A stretch of 64,000 bases of DNA, from NCBI GenBank assembly GCA_963555755.3, contig OY820905.2, forward strand, positions 1,664,001-1,728,000, given 5' to 3'. Of the stretch, positions 1 to 10,610 are shown in pieces (positions within the stretch are counted from its first letter, which is position 1; each line of letters begins with the position of its first letter). Both the position numbers and the translations under genes were made by a program. Origin of the DNA: Nitrospirales bacterium. Its GTDB lineage: Bacteria; Nitrospirota; Nitrospiria; Nitrospirales; UBA8639. Under the pieces are notes generated by a model that had not been told where the DNA came from, made no database searches, and saw nothing but the letters and a program-made list of their open reading frames with translations.

Positions 1-116
1 AGAACAATATTCCACACGTGACGCCAATAGAAAGCCATGCCTTGAAAATAGAAACGATCTATAGAGGTCTTCTTCCTCAAGCGCCAAGACCAAGGGCTCT
101 GGTTTCCCAAAAATAA
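1..116 (+). CDS. 3' end of a probable GT4 glycosyltransferase (runs off the window)
   Basis: Frame reads NNIPHVTPIESHALKIETIYRGLLPQAPRPRALVSQK*, near-identical to the tail of the GT4 fragment at ~2450-2729. Confidence 0.6.
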   Translation, partial: NNIPHVTPIESHALKIETIYRGLLPQAPRPRALVSQK

Positions 117-370
117 CAATTGGCGTCTATCACTGGCCAACAGTCCTCGTCTTTGGATTGGTATTGGCAATGGATGGTGGTAATTATGAAGGATCATCGG
201 GGGTTGGATAAAGTTAGGGTTAATGATAGCTGGGAAATCCCAGATCCAAAAGTGAGCACACAAACGAAGGCTGATTACCTTTGGGAGAAACCCGAAATTA
301 TTTTCGGCCATTAAGCGGGTGCACGATGGCTAAACAAGTGAATTCATAGTATGGATGCAAGCGAAATAGG

Positions 371-1405
371 TTGGTTAAAAAGTTCTGGTTAACCTGTATC
401 ATGCCACGCGTCAAAATACGACACATTTACGGAAAGAGGCACATCAATTATGCCAGGGACGAACTTATCGTGGTCACTCTGGCAAAGAATGCAGGCCAGC
501 ACATCGAGTCATTTCTTGCTCACTATATTAGATTAGGCGTTAAGCATATAATTATCCTCGATAACCACTCTACAGATGATACCATCGCGTGCGCCTCCGC
601 TTATCCCAAAGTATCTATATTTAAATGTTCACTTCCTTTTCGGGGATTCAACATATTGATGCGACAGCATCTCATGCGGCGCTTTGGGGGAAAAAACCGC
701 TGGGTGTTGTGTGTAGATATTGATGAATTGTTCGATTATCCGCATTCCGATCAACTGAGCCTCAGTGCTTTCCTGCAGTACCTTGAAGCCAATTCGTTTA
801 CCGCGGTGATTGCCTATTTGCTCGATATGTTTTCTGACCGACCACTCTCTCGGCTTAATGGCGCTACCACCAATCTCAAAGACGAATTTCCATACTACGA
901 TATATCATCTATTCGGAAATTGCCTTATTTAGGCAGCTATCCGTACAGTGGTTACAGTAACCGGTTTCAAAGGGACGTCCAGCTCCATAATGTCCTGCCC
1001 AATTCAGAGATCATGCATTATGTGGGGGGAGTTCGTGCCAAACTTTTTAATCTGCCGGATGTCTATCTTATCAAGCATCCGCTGATATTTTTGGACGGGA
1101 TGGTGGAATACGTCCATCAACATTTTGTCAACCATGCTTCTATTGCAGATGTAACAGGAGTGCTGCTTCATTATAAATTTGTTGAAGGGTTTGCCGAAAA
1201 AGTCAACGATGCGATTTCACACAAACAATATATCGAAGACTCGAAAGAATATCAGCAATATCATCAGGTGCTTGACACACATCCTCATCTTTCCCTGAAA
1301 ACTGAAAGCGCGGTTAAGTTGCACAGTGTCAATGATCTTGTGCAAGCAAGATTTTTACATGTCAGTGAACAATATCTGGACTGGATAAGCAGCCACAAAC
1401 ACTAG
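371..1405 (+). CDS. Glycosyltransferase family 2-like protein
   Basis: Motifs FLAHY..LGV, ILDNHSTDDT, WVLCVDIDE and LLHYKF. Confidence 0.85.
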   Translation: MVKKFWLTCIMPRVKIRHIYGKRHINYARDELIVVTLAKNAGQHIESFLAHYIRLGVKHIIILDNHSTDDTIACASAYPKVSIFKCSLPFRGFNILMRQHLMRRFGGKNRWVLCVDIDELFDYPHSDQLSLSAFLQYLEANSFTAVIAYLLDMFSDRPLSRLNGATTNLKDEFPYYDISSIRKLPYLGSYPYSGYSNRFQRDVQLHNVLPNSEIMHYVGGVRAKLFNLPDVYLIKHPLIFLDGMVEYVHQHFVNHASIADVTGVLLHYKFVEGFAEKVNDAISHKQYIEDSKEYQQYHQVLDTHPHLSLKTESAVKLHSVNDLVQARFLHVSEQYLDWISSHKH

Positions 1406-1499
1406 CGATAGGTTCAACCTAGAAACAGCAGTTGGGCGCAAAAAAGACGTGTAAGATATTGGTGTGCATCGTGAAAGAGAAAAAGTCGTGGTCACCTTG

Positions 1500-1656
1500 G
1501 GGTTCGCGCAAGAATACCTTCCCCGGTTTGGGCGTCGATCCATCCCGTCTGGCGGCGTTGCTCGTCCTTTCCATACCGAGAGTATGCGCAGTCCTCGCGC
1601 CTTGCCAGACAGGTGTCTCAGCACCCAAACCGGGGAAGGTATTCTTGCGCGAACCC
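1500..1656. mobile_element. MITE family B copy 1 (157 bp)
   Basis: Perfect 33-bp TIR gggttcgcgcaagaataccttccccggtttggg; second copy at 48611-48767. Confidence 0.85.
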
Positions 1657-1699
1657 TCCGTGGTGATGAGACATTTTTCTCTTTTGCGAGGTGCGCTCA

Positions 1700-1962
1700 G
1701 GGTCCGTCACGAAATAACCGGGACAATTGGGAGGCCCAGATTTGTGATCGGGGCAAGGCGCGACGAGGGAGCAGAGCGGGGCTCTGTGACCGAGGAGCAA
1801 CGCTGCCCCGGGCCAAAGATGGGCCTCCCCGGAGGGCCGGACGCTTTTGGGCTCCGCCGGCGTCGCTCATCGCTTCCATACTCCCGGTATGCGCGCTCTT
1901 CGCTCCTTGGCTCGTTCCAAAATCGTCTCGGCCAATTGTCCCGGTTATTTCGTGACGGACCC
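1700..1962. mobile_element. MITE family C (263 bp)
   Basis: Perfect 31-bp TIR gggtccgtcacgaaataaccgggacaattgg; flanks TCA/TAA. Confidence 0.8.
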
Positions 1963-1965
1963 TAA

Positions 1966-2145
1966 GGACCTGCGAGAAAATAACTTGATCAATATCGCGC
2001 CAAGATTTGGGTCGGATTTGGACGAAACGATTGAGAAACACTCGAGGCATAGCACAGCTATGGTGAGGGTTTTTCGATTGAGGCCCGTTCAAAGATGGCC
2101 CGAAGATTGGATGCGAGATTGATCAAGTTATTTTCTCGCAGGTCC
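1966..2145. mobile_element. MITE family D copy 1 (180 bp)
   Basis: 28-bp TIR ggacctgcgagaaaataacttgatcaat; TAA duplication; other copies at 32653 and 56953. Confidence 0.85.
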
Positions 2146-2448
2146 TAAGAGCTTGCGCGGACTTTTGTGATCCAACTGCTGTTTCTAGGTTCAAGCAGGA
2201 AATGCCAGGGTACAGGCAGGAACAACTCGATTACATGGGCAGTGCCGGTTTTGGTTTTAATCAATTCATGAAATGCCGGAAATAATAGGCCAGCCTTACC
2301 CCGACGAAATGCGTAAATGCAGCCTTGAGAACTCAAAGAAATGCGACGTCGGTACCCATAAAAAAATGCTCGTAGAAACGTGGCGTAGGTATTGACGCGT
2401 AGCAATCAAGCCGAGCCTGATCGATTCTCGACACCGGATTTAGGATCA

Positions 2449-2729
2449 CATGAAGCGTTTTTGGCCGAAGTCCCTGTCATGACCTCACATATCGGTGGTA
2501 TGGCAGAGTTAGTGGAAAATGGAGTGAATGGTCTTCATTTTCAGATGGGGAATGTGGCGGATCTGGCCAGGCAATGACAACGAGTGATCGATGATCCTTT
2601 ACTGCTCGCTCAGCTTAAGAAAAATATTCTACTCGTTACGCCAATAGGAAGCCATGCCTTAAAAATAGAAACGATCTATAGAGGTCTTCTTCCTCAAGCG
2701 CCACTACCAAGGACTAGTGTTTCCCAAGA
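2449..2729 (+). pseudogene. GT4 glycosyltransferase C-terminal fragment
   Basis: EAFLAEVPVMTSHIGGMAELVENGVNG motif; in-frame TGA at 2575; no N-terminus; IS1595 inserted at the 3' end; paralogous to 1-159. Confidence 0.75.
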
Positions 2730-3741
2730 TATGCCTTCCCATTTAACTAAGGTTGCTTCAGTTTATTGAATCCCAAGGGTTTTGAGCTGCTGGTCAGGAT
2801 TTTCAACAAACTCTGGAAGGTACTCATTGGAGTCTCACGGCGGTTATAGCGAAAGACAAACTCATCAAGATAGTGTTGCAGGTATTTTGAATCCACTCCA
2901 TGGTGAATCCCGTTCAGCCAGGTCTGCAGATTGCCGAACGCTCTATGGATGTGTGGAGCGTGCTTCCCAGCACTTGCTGGGTCACCCTGGGTCCGTCTCA
3001 GGTGTTCGTATCCTGCCAAGGCTTTTGCCGAGTATCCCTTCCAACCATCGGACTTGATCTTACTGCCCTCAGCGACATGGCTATTGAGGAATGCTTTGAT
3101 CTCGTTCTCTCCAGCGTCTTGAAGAATCGCTAATCGTAAACGCCCTGCTTTCTCTCGAAAGTGATCCCCTTGTGTGTACGTGACAATTTCTACGGCTCCG
3201 GCTATTAACGTCTTGGTTTTCGCTTTCGCGACGCCACGGCCCGTTTTGCCTTTTACCGGTCCACCGATATGGGTTTCATCGGCTTCAACTGTTCCTGCGA
3301 GCCGTTCACGGTTCTGTCGTACCATTCCTCGTCGCAATCTGTGGAGCAAATACCAGGCGCTATCCACCTTCTTGATACTGAGTTGACGCTGCAATTGCAC
3401 AGCACTGATGCCAGGTGTGTGCGTGGAGACGAAATAGGCAGCCCAAAACCAAAGCCGTAGCGGCAAGTGCGATCTATGCATCACTGTGCCGCTTAGCGGT
3501 GATGTCTGTCTATGACACGACGAACACTCAAACCGGAAATATTTTTTGAGCCACCAACCACCGCGATGACCGCAAGCTGGACACATAAACCCGTCTGGCC
3601 ACCGAATCGCCCGCAAGTACTCGAAGCACGCTTCTTCGGTGTGGAACCTAACAGAAAAATCCAAGATATCAGCAGCATACCCTGTGTCCATAGTCCAGCA
3701 GACTAGTCTAGGGACTAACCTTAGTCAAATGGGAAGGCATA
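2730..3741 (-). mobile_element. IS1595-family insertion sequence
   Basis: TIR tatgccttcccattt(a/g)actaagg; 8-bp TSD tcccaaga at 2722-2729 and 3742-3749. Confidence 0.92.
2747..3691 (-). CDS. IS1595-family transposase
   Basis: Zn-ribbon RWPDGFMCPAC...CSSC, VEADETHIGG, SDGWKGY and YLDEFVFRYNRR. Confidence 0.93.
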   Translation of the reverse strand: MDTGYAADILDFSVRFHTEEACFEYLRAIRWPDGFMCPACGHRGGWWLKKYFRFECSSCHRQTSPLSGTVMHRSHLPLRLWFWAAYFVSTHTPGISAVQLQRQLSIKKVDSAWYLLHRLRRGMVRQNRERLAGTVEADETHIGGPVKGKTGRGVAKAKTKTLIAGAVEIVTYTQGDHFREKAGRLRLAILQDAGENEIKAFLNSHVAEGSKIKSDGWKGYSAKALAGYEHLRRTQGDPASAGKHAPHIHRAFGNLQTWLNGIHHGVDSKYLQHYLDEFVFRYNRRETPMSTFQSLLKILTSSSKPLGFNKLKQP

Positions 3742-3805
3742 TCCCAAGAATAACAATTGGCGTATATCACTGGCCAACAGTCCTCGTCTTTGGATTTGAC
3801 CCTCC

Positions 3806-4750
3806 TCACCAATGGCCCGAAAAATTATCGACCTGTTTGAACATGGTCTGAAGCCTTCTTAAGTCTTTATAGGGCAACGGAGGACGCAAGAGGGAGGAGA
3901 CATTTGCCTGAAGGTGCTCCACGTTTCCCGTCGAAAATAAAACGACATGAATGCCCGGCTCATGACGGCAATAGCGGTATGCCGCATCGGTTAAACTCAC
4001 AGCCCCCTTCTTGTGAAAAAGGAAGTTGAGAGCGTGACCATCCTCGGCTTTGGTCTTGTCTGTCACCCCTGTTTCTGCCAATGTGGTCAATGCAGTCTTT
4101 AAATTTTCTCTACTGTTCAAGGCACGTCTCACGGCATACATTCCGAGTACACCAATATTGTTTTTCATGGCTGTCGATAGGACCTCCGTTCGTGCCGTTT
4201 GATTCAGCATATTAAACCCGACGCAAATAACGTCCCAACAATCATCCTGAACCGCACGATGTAACATTCTATGACTAGGGTCTGCCCAAAATTTTTCGGT
4301 AATTCCAAGAAAACGAATTTTGCCCTCATCACGAAGCCGTAATTGAACGGGTACGAGTTCCTCTGCGACGTATTGATATTCTTTTTCTTCTACCGCATGA
4401 AATTGATAGATATCGAGATAGTCTGTGTTGAGCTTGCGAAGACTATTTTCGGCGGACTGTACCAGATCCTTGGCGGCGATTAGTTTATTATTGAGGTACA
4501 TGGGGGCTTTGGTGGATAGCACGAGTTCTTGTCTTTTTCTCCCTTTTAGCGCTTTGCCCAGAATCTCTTCTGTCCCGTAAGTTTCAGCGGTATCAGCGAA
4601 GTTGATACCAAGGTCCAGAGCCCTGTGTACAAGGGAGATTGATTCCGCCTCGGTTTTTCCTGTTAATTGACCGAGGCGACTCATTCCACCACACCCCAAT
4701 CCCATCACACTCACACGAAGACCTGTTCTGCCTAGAATTGTATATTCCAT
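3806..4750 (-). CDS. Aldo/keto reductase
   Basis: MEYTILGRTGLRVSVMGLG, DTAETYG, STK and LNTDYLDIYQFH; start placed at the ATG at 4750. Confidence 0.93.
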   Translation of the reverse strand: MEYTILGRTGLRVSVMGLGCGGMSRLGQLTGKTEAESISLVHRALDLGINFADTAETYGTEEILGKALKGRKRQELVLSTKAPMYLNNKLIAAKDLVQSAENSLRKLNTDYLDIYQFHAVEEKEYQYVAEELVPVQLRLRDEGKIRFLGITEKFWADPSHRMLHRAVQDDCWDVICVGFNMLNQTARTEVLSTAMKNNIGVLGMYAVRRALNSRENLKTALTTLAETGVTDKTKAEDGHALNFLFHKKGAVSLTDAAYRYCRHEPGIHVVLFSTGNVEHLQANVSSLLRPPLPYKDLRRLQTMFKQVDNFSGHW

Positions 4751-5016
4751 TTCCTGTTGTGAATTTTGACCGCTGGTTTGGCCAATTTGTATTAAATGAT
4801 GAAAAAAATCGTTAAGGTATCGAGGCAACACGATATTTCTTTTTCCTCATCAAGAATGGGGGTTTACTGTCGTCTTCTCAACAATGTGTCAGAAAATGCC
4901 ACAAGGATTTGATCAATGATTCTCCTTCCAAGGTTCAGGATTGCTCACTTTTCTCCCAAAGTCCAATGAAAAATGTAGGTGTTGATTTTTGGGGCTCCTC
5001 TTTTTATGAAGGAATA

Positions 5017-5032
5017 TGGCATGCCATTTGCA
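5017..5032 (+). promoter_or_regulatory. Putative sigma-54 -24/-12 promoter upstream of the HD pair
   Basis: TGGCATGCCATTTGCA has correct GG-N10-GC spacing. Confidence 0.55.
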
Positions 5033-5099
5033 ATATAACTTTTCAGAACTCTTGCGACTTTTCCCGACCTTCAAATGAAATGCCTCTCGGGGAAAACCT

Positions 5100-6065
5100 G
5101 TGAATTTTTCAACGCTTCTGCACCAGGAGAAAATGTCAATGGCAATTGACGGCATAGGACATTCAGGTGAAGGGGGTATTTCTTCAAAGGCTTCTGAATT
5201 TCATGAGATTTCTGAGGCACATTCTTACGCACAGACCAACATTCAACTGTATAAGCAACTCAAGTCAGTGGGATATTCCTTAGACGAAATCAATCATGTT
5301 CGGAAAGCCTATGATTTAGCAAAAGAACTCTTTGCCTGTTTATATTGTCCTTCTGGTAAAACTTTTCTTGCGCATGTGGTGGGAGTCGGAAGCATTCTCG
5401 GTTCGCTTCGAATATCAAGCAATGTTGTGGCGGCCAGTCTCCTTCATGAAGTCTATGAAAGTGGCGATTTTGGGGAAGGGTGGAGTCTTGATCAGAAAAA
5501 AACTCTAGTGCGAGAGACCGTTGGCCCTAAAACAGAACAGTATATTGGAGAATATCAGGCCTTGGAATGGTCTCGTTCAACCATTCCGGTTATTCGGAAT
5601 AGGATAACTTATCTGAACCCATTTGAACGAGATGTTCTCATGGTTCGTTTATCCAGTGAATTGGAAGACCTTCTCGATGGCGGAATTTTGTTTTGTCCCG
5701 ATGCGGAAACTCGACGACTACATTTTCGTAATCTCGGTCATCTTCATGTCGAAATGGCTGAGTTGTTAGGATATCCCACTTTAGCCGTTGAATTTAATAA
5801 GGCCCTTAAAGAAACATGTGAGGCTACTTCTATTCGGCCCATAATTCCCGATGGAGCCCGAACATCGCCTGCTCCTTTTCGGCTGATTCCACTTCCCTAC
5901 ACCTACCCACCAATAATGGTCATTCGTCACTGCATGGATCATGGAATAAAGCGCCTTGCCAAGACCCTTCGACTCGCGACAATCATGGTATTCGTGATGG
6001 GAACTTATTCTTCGAATATCGCTCACTGGCTTACAACATACTTCCAATCAACCTCTGGCGGATAA
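5100..6065 (+). CDS. HD-fold protein (RelA/SpoT hydrolase-like), HD motif reads HE
   Basis: AYDLA...SGKTFLAHVVGVGSIL...VVAASLLHEVYE; exact start uncertain. Confidence 0.7.
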   Translation: MNFSTLLHQEKMSMAIDGIGHSGEGGISSKASEFHEISEAHSYAQTNIQLYKQLKSVGYSLDEINHVRKAYDLAKELFACLYCPSGKTFLAHVVGVGSILGSLRISSNVVAASLLHEVYESGDFGEGWSLDQKKTLVRETVGPKTEQYIGEYQALEWSRSTIPVIRNRITYLNPFERDVLMVRLSSELEDLLDGGILFCPDAETRRLHFRNLGHLHVEMAELLGYPTLAVEFNKALKETCEATSIRPIIPDGARTSPAPFRLIPLPYTYPPIMVIRHCMDHGIKRLAKTLRLATIMVFVMGTYSSNIAHWLTTYFQSTSGG

Positions 6066-6066
6066 T

Positions 6067-6879
6067 TTGTCTGTTTACGCCCAGACCTATCTTCAGCTTC
6101 ATCATCAAATTCGGCGAATGGGGAATTCGGAAGGGGACCTCGATTACCTTCGCGGAGCTTATGCATTCGTGATGCAGATATTATCTGGACATGTTCAGGG
6201 CTATGGTAAATCCTTTCTATCACATAATGTGGGGACGGCAAGTATTCTCGCTTCTCTAGGCACCCCTATCCAGGTGGTAGCTGCGGGTCTTATGCACAAT
6301 GTGTACGAAGGCGTGGATTTTGGAGATGGCCACACAGGCATTACCCCCTCCCACCAAAAAACAATAGTCCGAGTAGTAGGCAAGGAAGCCGAAGGGTTTT
6401 TGGCCACATTCAACACGTTGCGGTGGAATCCAGATTTGTATGCTTCTATTCGGGATCATTTAACGGACTATGACCTATTTCAACGGATGACTGTGTTGCT
6501 TCATTTAGCTGATCATCTGGAGCACAATTTGGATAATGGAACCCTGTATTTTCATGATGATGAAAGCGCCGGGCGCAGAAAAAACTATGAAGTCCTCGTT
6601 GAAATGGCGATAATTCTGGGGTATCCAGTATTAGGAAATGAGATTCAACGGGTGCATCAGGAGCATGAGGGTATCCAGATTCCTGTCGAATTCAAACCTC
6701 TCCACACCCCAGCATATAGAAAGAGAATTGTGCCAAAATCTTGCCGTAGGCGTTATGATCTGCAATTGAAGGGAGCGGTCGCCCCCTGCCTTCATCGGCT
6801 TCAACAGGGAACTGCTTCACTGTATGGCGAAATTCGACCGACGCTAAAGACCGTCAGAAATTGGTTCATGCCCATTTAG
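6067..6879 (+). CDS. HD-fold paralog, HD motif reads HN
   Basis: YAQTYLQL...GKSFLSHNVGTASIL...VVAAGLMHNVYE; TTG start 1 nt after the upstream stop. Confidence 0.7.
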   Translation: MSVYAQTYLQLHHQIRRMGNSEGDLDYLRGAYAFVMQILSGHVQGYGKSFLSHNVGTASILASLGTPIQVVAAGLMHNVYEGVDFGDGHTGITPSHQKTIVRVVGKEAEGFLATFNTLRWNPDLYASIRDHLTDYDLFQRMTVLLHLADHLEHNLDNGTLYFHDDESAGRRKNYEVLVEMAIILGYPVLGNEIQRVHQEHEGIQIPVEFKPLHTPAYRKRIVPKSCRRRYDLQLKGAVAPCLHRLQQGTASLYGEIRPTLKTVRNWFMPI

Positions 6880-7117
6880 TCAGAGATGAAAGGTGGGGAG
6901 GAAATCAAGGCCGGTTGAGAAAATCAAGAACCGAATAAAGGGAGAACATTCAGTTGTTTTAGCTAACCATAGAGTTCAAGCCTACATTCCGCACTTGAAA
7001 ACGTGTATTTTTCTGCCCCTCATGTATCGCCTCCTTTTTTTGCACCAAACTGGTGTTGAGGGATTTTGAGGAGTCGCAGCACCTGATGCTGTGGCTCGGA
7101 CAGCTCATCCCAAAAGG

Positions 7118-9020
7118 CAGGGCTATTTCATTTTAAAGTGCAACTTCATAGATAATAAGGGATAATCGATTTAGGCTGGCTTTTTCTTTTCGTTTGGGGC
7201 ATACTCTTTTTCATGCCAGACGAATCGCCAAACGGACATCCGGCCATCGATCTTGGGCAAGTCGTAGTTCGACCGATTGTCCCGGACGAGAAGGAAGCCT
7301 TCACGACCCTTCTCGCCCGACATCACTACCTCGGGCCTGCCCCGTTGATTGGCCCATCGATCCAATATCTCGCCTGTGTGCAGGATCGCTGGCTGGCCTT
7401 GCTGGTGTTTGCGGCGGCGGCCCTCAAATCGAGAGCGCGAGACCACTGGATCGGCTGGCCCCCCTGTTTCCAATGGCAACGCCTCCATTTACTTGCCAAC
7501 AACACCCGGTTTCTCATCCTGCCGGACTGTTCGCAACAAAACCTCGCCTCGAAAGTCCTGTCGCTCTGCGCGAAACGGATCGCGGCCGATTGGCACCTGT
7601 GCCACGGCTACCCCTTGCTCCTCTTAGAGACCTTCGTCGATCCTGCCCGCTTCACCGGGACCTGCTATCGAGCCGCCGGGTGGCAGGAGCTCGGGCTGAC
7701 ACGCGGGTTTCGCAAGTCCAATACGCGGTATGTTCAGCATGACCGCCCGAAACGCATCCTGGTCAAGAGCCTACATCCCCAAGCCCGAGAGATTCTTGCA
7801 CGCCCGATGCTTGATCCGACCTATCAGAAAGGAGAGGTGCCTCAGATGCGATTGAATACCAAGCAGACGGACTCCCTGTTTACCTATGTGGTGCAGCTGA
7901 CCGATCCACGCAAGTTGCAAGGGCAACGACATCCCCGACGAGCTCTCACCGCGATCATGTTCTGTGCCACCTTGTGTGGAGCACGTGGGTATGAAGCCAT
8001 AGCGGACTGGGCCCAGCATTTATCCCAGACGATGAGAAAGCGGCTGGGCTGTCCCAAGCGAGGAGGGCGCTACCTCGTCCCAAGCCGCAGCACTCTCTAC
8101 CGGTTTATCAATGCCGTCGACCCCTGTGAAGTCGATACCCTGCTCGGCCGGTGGCTGGATACCTTCGGCGGGGAGGATCAGGGCATCGCCATTGATGGCA
8201 AGACCATGCGGGGGACTTCGAAGGTCCCGAGCGAACAGACCCATGTCCTCAGTGCCGTCACCCATGACGAGGGGCGCCACCTCACCCCAAAAAAGTCGAC
8301 ACCAAGACCAATGAGATCCCCTGCGTGCGTCCCTTATTCGATGAGCTGGAGATCGAAGGGAAGGTCATCACGGCGGATGCGCTCCTCACCCAGAAAGAGA
8401 TCGCAAATTACCTTGTGCAAGAACGCGGGGCCGACTTCGTCTTCACCGTCAAGGGGAACCAGCCGACCTTGAAACGCGACATTGAGGCCTTGGCGTTGCG
8501 AGTACGACGGTGTGATACTGAAACAACCGATAAAGGCCATGGGCGGATCACGACCCGTAGGATCTGGTGTGACGACTCCTTGAATGCCTCTGTCACCTTT
8601 CCCCATGTGCAGCAAGTCTTCTGCATTGAGAGGGAAGTCGCGCATCTCAAGAAGGGCATCACGACGGTAGATACCGTATGCGGAGTCACGAGTCAGTCAC
8701 CAGCGAAGGCATCGCCGCAGAAAATCCTCTCGCAAAACCGGAACCATTGGAGTGTGGAGAATAAGCAGCATTATGTGTTGGATGTCACCTTTGATGAAGA
8801 CCGGAGTCAGATCAGACGGCTCAATGGCCCGATGGTCATGACCTGTCTGAGACGCTATGCCATCAGTCTCTTACGCGTGAAAGGCAACACCAATATCGCG
8901 CAGGCGTTTAGATGGCTCTGGGCCAAGCCGCATGTAGCCATCCGTATGGCCTTGCCCTGAAAAAGAGAGCAAAAAAACCTAATGGAACCACTTGCTTATA
9001 AAAAGAATGAAATGGCCCTG
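7118..9020 (+). mobile_element. ISAs1-family element copy 1 (intact)
   Basis: TIR cagggc(t/c)atttcatt; 9-bp TSD cccaaaagg at 7109-7117 and 9021-9029. Confidence 0.9.
7213..8960 (+). CDS. DUF4338 (DruA-like) domain fused to ISAs1 transposase; probable -1 frameshift
   Basis: N-terminal HHYLG/RDHWIGW/NNTRFLIL/LETFVD/GTCYRAAGW, then DPR..GQRH and IAIDGKT. A_AAA_AAG at 8289-8295 leads in the -1 frame to KTNEIP, TADAL, VKGNQ, HWSVEN and FDEDRSQIR. Confidence 0.85.
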
Positions 9021-10610
9021 CCCAAAAGGTCCTCACCACCTTGCCGTCACGAAGAATCTCGTACCTGCAGTGCTGGGCAAAGAGTCGCTGGACTTGTTCC
9101 CAGGTCGGGGTCGAGGTGGGTCGTTCCTCGGGGAGGGTTCGCAGGGTTCGAATACCGCTCTTCTCCATCGCCTGTCTGAGATCGCGCTGAATGAGGGCGG
9201 CCACGAGATCGGCGAGGTAGACCACGAGCATGAGAGCCTCGATGCGTTCGTTGTTCTTGAGGAACACCGGAGCCACCTGGAAATCGGATTTGAGGCCGCT
9301 GAAACGCTTCTCGATATGAGGCTGATACTTGTACGCCTCCAGGACCGCTTTGGCGGAGAGGGAGGTATTCGTGACCAGCGGAAAGATGCCATCAATGGCC
9401 TTGGCCCGAGCGAGCTGTTCCGGGTCTTGCTGGATCATGAGCTGCGGAATGTGTTTGACGGTGCGATGGTAGGTCGACGCGGGCGAGGGTTTGCCGCGGG
9501 CGGTCTGTGTGAAGGTTTCCTCCACGCGGTGGCTCACGGTCACCGTGAGCCACGGAGCCACCTGATACCTCGCGATGATCTGGTGGGCCTGCTTGAGTAA
9601 CGAGCGCTCGGTTCGGCGCCCACGCGCTTTCTTCTCGTTGAGCGCCGCGAGTTTGTGCCGAGCGATCTCCAGCCGGTCCTTGCGGCGGCTGGCATCGCGC
9701 TTTCTCTTCTCGGAGGAGCGATACCAATAGAGTCGAAACCCCTCCGCCAGCTGATACGCCTCGCTCGCGACCGAAAACACGTCATACATCCCCCGCCTTC
9801 GAGTCGAGCGCTGGCGTAGGAGCGGGTCCCAGCGGACGGTCGCCTCGTAGCAGTCGGTGGCAAACGCGTGGGTTTCGGCCCGGGTCCGAGGGACGATGGT
9901 GACAAACCGACCGTGTTCCTGGTCAATGCGCCGCATGTTGGCCGTCGTGCATAATTTGGAGTCGGCGACGTAGAGGAACCCAGCCCCGCCCACCAAGCGG
10001 CGCAACGTCAGCCAATTCTCGATATGCAGGGTGTCATCGGTCTGATGGCCCGCATGGGTCTTGAAGTGAATCGGCACGGCTCCATCGCGCGCAATCGACA
10101 AATTGTAGAGGAGCTGCTTGAGATCGGGACGATGATCCTTGCTGTGGCCCCGCGTGAGGGAGACCCCTTTGCGCGATTGCGCCGCGTAGGCCCCCGAGAA
10201 CTTGACGGAGGTGGAATCACTATGGATCTGGGAGACATCAATCGTGAACCGTTCAATGGCCGCCAGCGTGAGGGTGGTCTGCAAGGTCGCGCGATCAGCC
10301 TGGAACAACCTGTCGAGGGCCCGCCCCAGCCCATCATCGGTGAGCGGCGCGGCTCCTCGCTCAATAGGGTCGAACTGCTGGGCCCAGGCTGGGACGCGGT
10401 AGAGCGCTGCCGGTTCGATCAGCATACTTTTGATGAGAAGCTCAATCGCCGTAGCGTACCGCGCCGAACGAAGAATGTCCTCCAGGCGTTGACGCACCCC
10501 GAGGGTCGCGAAGCAGCGATTGATGAATGGGAAGGTCGCAATCCGTACCTTCCGATGCTGCAAATCTTTGGCTTGCATCACGCCCTATCTTAATGCATAA
10601 TAGCATTAAG

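Larger units (their letters stand above)
1417..2190. mobile_element. MITE family A copy 1, carrying three nested MITEs (B, C, D)
   Basis: TIR acctagaaacagcagttgg / ccaactgctgtttctaggt, with TCA on both flanks. Removing the inserts restores the 164-bp element at 52427-52590. Confidence 0.85.
7020..10581 (-). pseudogene. IS1634 transposase split by ISAs1 (10581-9021 plus 7117-7020)
   Basis: DSTS, GHSKDHRPDLKQ, VADSK and IEKRF..LKS..VAPVFLK; the frame resumes as DELSEPQHQVLRLLKIP..* beyond the TSD. Confidence 0.88.

Noticed and set aside
1355..2122. Overlapping 60-177 aa ORFs
   Set aside because: They lie almost entirely in nested palindromic MITEs and show no protein motifs.
7213..7845. Druantia anti-phage system
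   Set aside because: The DruA-like domain is inside IS ends and fused to a transposase; no DruE helicase or other dru genes are present.
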